Of a stretch of DNA of 64,000 nucleotides, positions 63,290 to 64,000 are shown piece after piece (position 1 is the first letter of the stretch; each line of letters opens with the position of its first letter). The DNA is from Octopus bimaculoides (Eukaryota), in NCBI RefSeq assembly GCF_001194135.2, contig NC_068994.1:59709017-59773016 (forward strand), read 5' to 3'. The notes beneath the pieces are model-generated. The model saw only the letters and a list, made by a program, of their open reading frames with translations. It did not search any database and had not been told where the DNA came from. Made by a program: the position numbers and the translations under genes.

Positions 63290-64000
63290 CAATTTAGTCT
63301 AGCCATAAATCAGTGTGTAACAGAAGGTGAGAGCAATGCAGATAAAACATTAAATATTGAAATATTTAATTAGTTCTGACCTTTCAGGTTAAAAACCCTT
63401 TTATAAAAACTTTCAAGAACAAGACAGATATGAATTATATGCCCATTCTGTCATCATCTCAAATCTGTCAACACACCAATAGAACGGACTCGTAATATAG
63501 ATTTCCTTCTCTCTCTTGTTCTTCAAAGCTTTTATAACAAAGTTCTTAACCTGAAATATTAGCACAAATCAAATATCTCTCAGGTAACAGTTCAATATTT
63601 TCATTATTCTTATTTTCTAAGAATAATTAAAATATTGGTTATGTTGTTGTCGCTTTCTATAACACAATGATTTTATATACATAGTTCATAATACTCGAAA
63701 CAAACTGCAGTAAACTCTTGCTCACGACAACTCCTTCTAATGTTGCTACCGTAATAAAACAGATTCAGTGGACAGCAAAAGGGGTTGGTGTTAGGAAGGA
63801 CATCAAAACAGAAAACATGCTATGAATGGAATTTACAAGCGAGCCAGAGCAGAAGACATTTTACAGCCATTCCTTTGTAGATATGAAATGATGATACATA
63901 CATATATTTATGTATATAGATAAATATATGTGTATAGGGATGGATGAATAAATGGATAGGTGCACGTACACGCACACACATCTACCTGCTTATTGATCCA

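Overview
This is AT-rich eukaryotic DNA, very dense in microsatellites, with 14 N-gaps totalling about 4.2 kb. The repeat content looks like an Octopus/coleoid draft scaffold; that species assignment is inferred from recalled repeat families, not from a database search. I found no recognisable intact protein-coding gene, and nearly all ORFs in the track come from microsatellites or N-runs. The window reads as a long intron or intergenic tract. It holds (i) about 20 copies of an RTE-type LINE 3' end or SINEs sharing that tail, (ii) several tRNA-derived SINE families, (iii) decayed L1/Tx1-like LINE fragments, (iv) two mariner transposase 5' relics, and (v) a hAT MITE and a TTAA-type MITE. The most interesting signal is a type I hammerhead-ribozyme-like fold at 23169-23261, inside a ~210-bp unit closed by inverted repeats, of the kind associated with Penelope-like elements and retrozymes. 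Next are a candidate recursive-splicing site with a 70-nt cryptic exon at 16326, and a non-tandem TGCA-dense island at 31620-32100 surrounding a clean 54-nt candidate exon on the minus strand. Repeat boundaries were read by eye and are approximate (about +/-20 bp).
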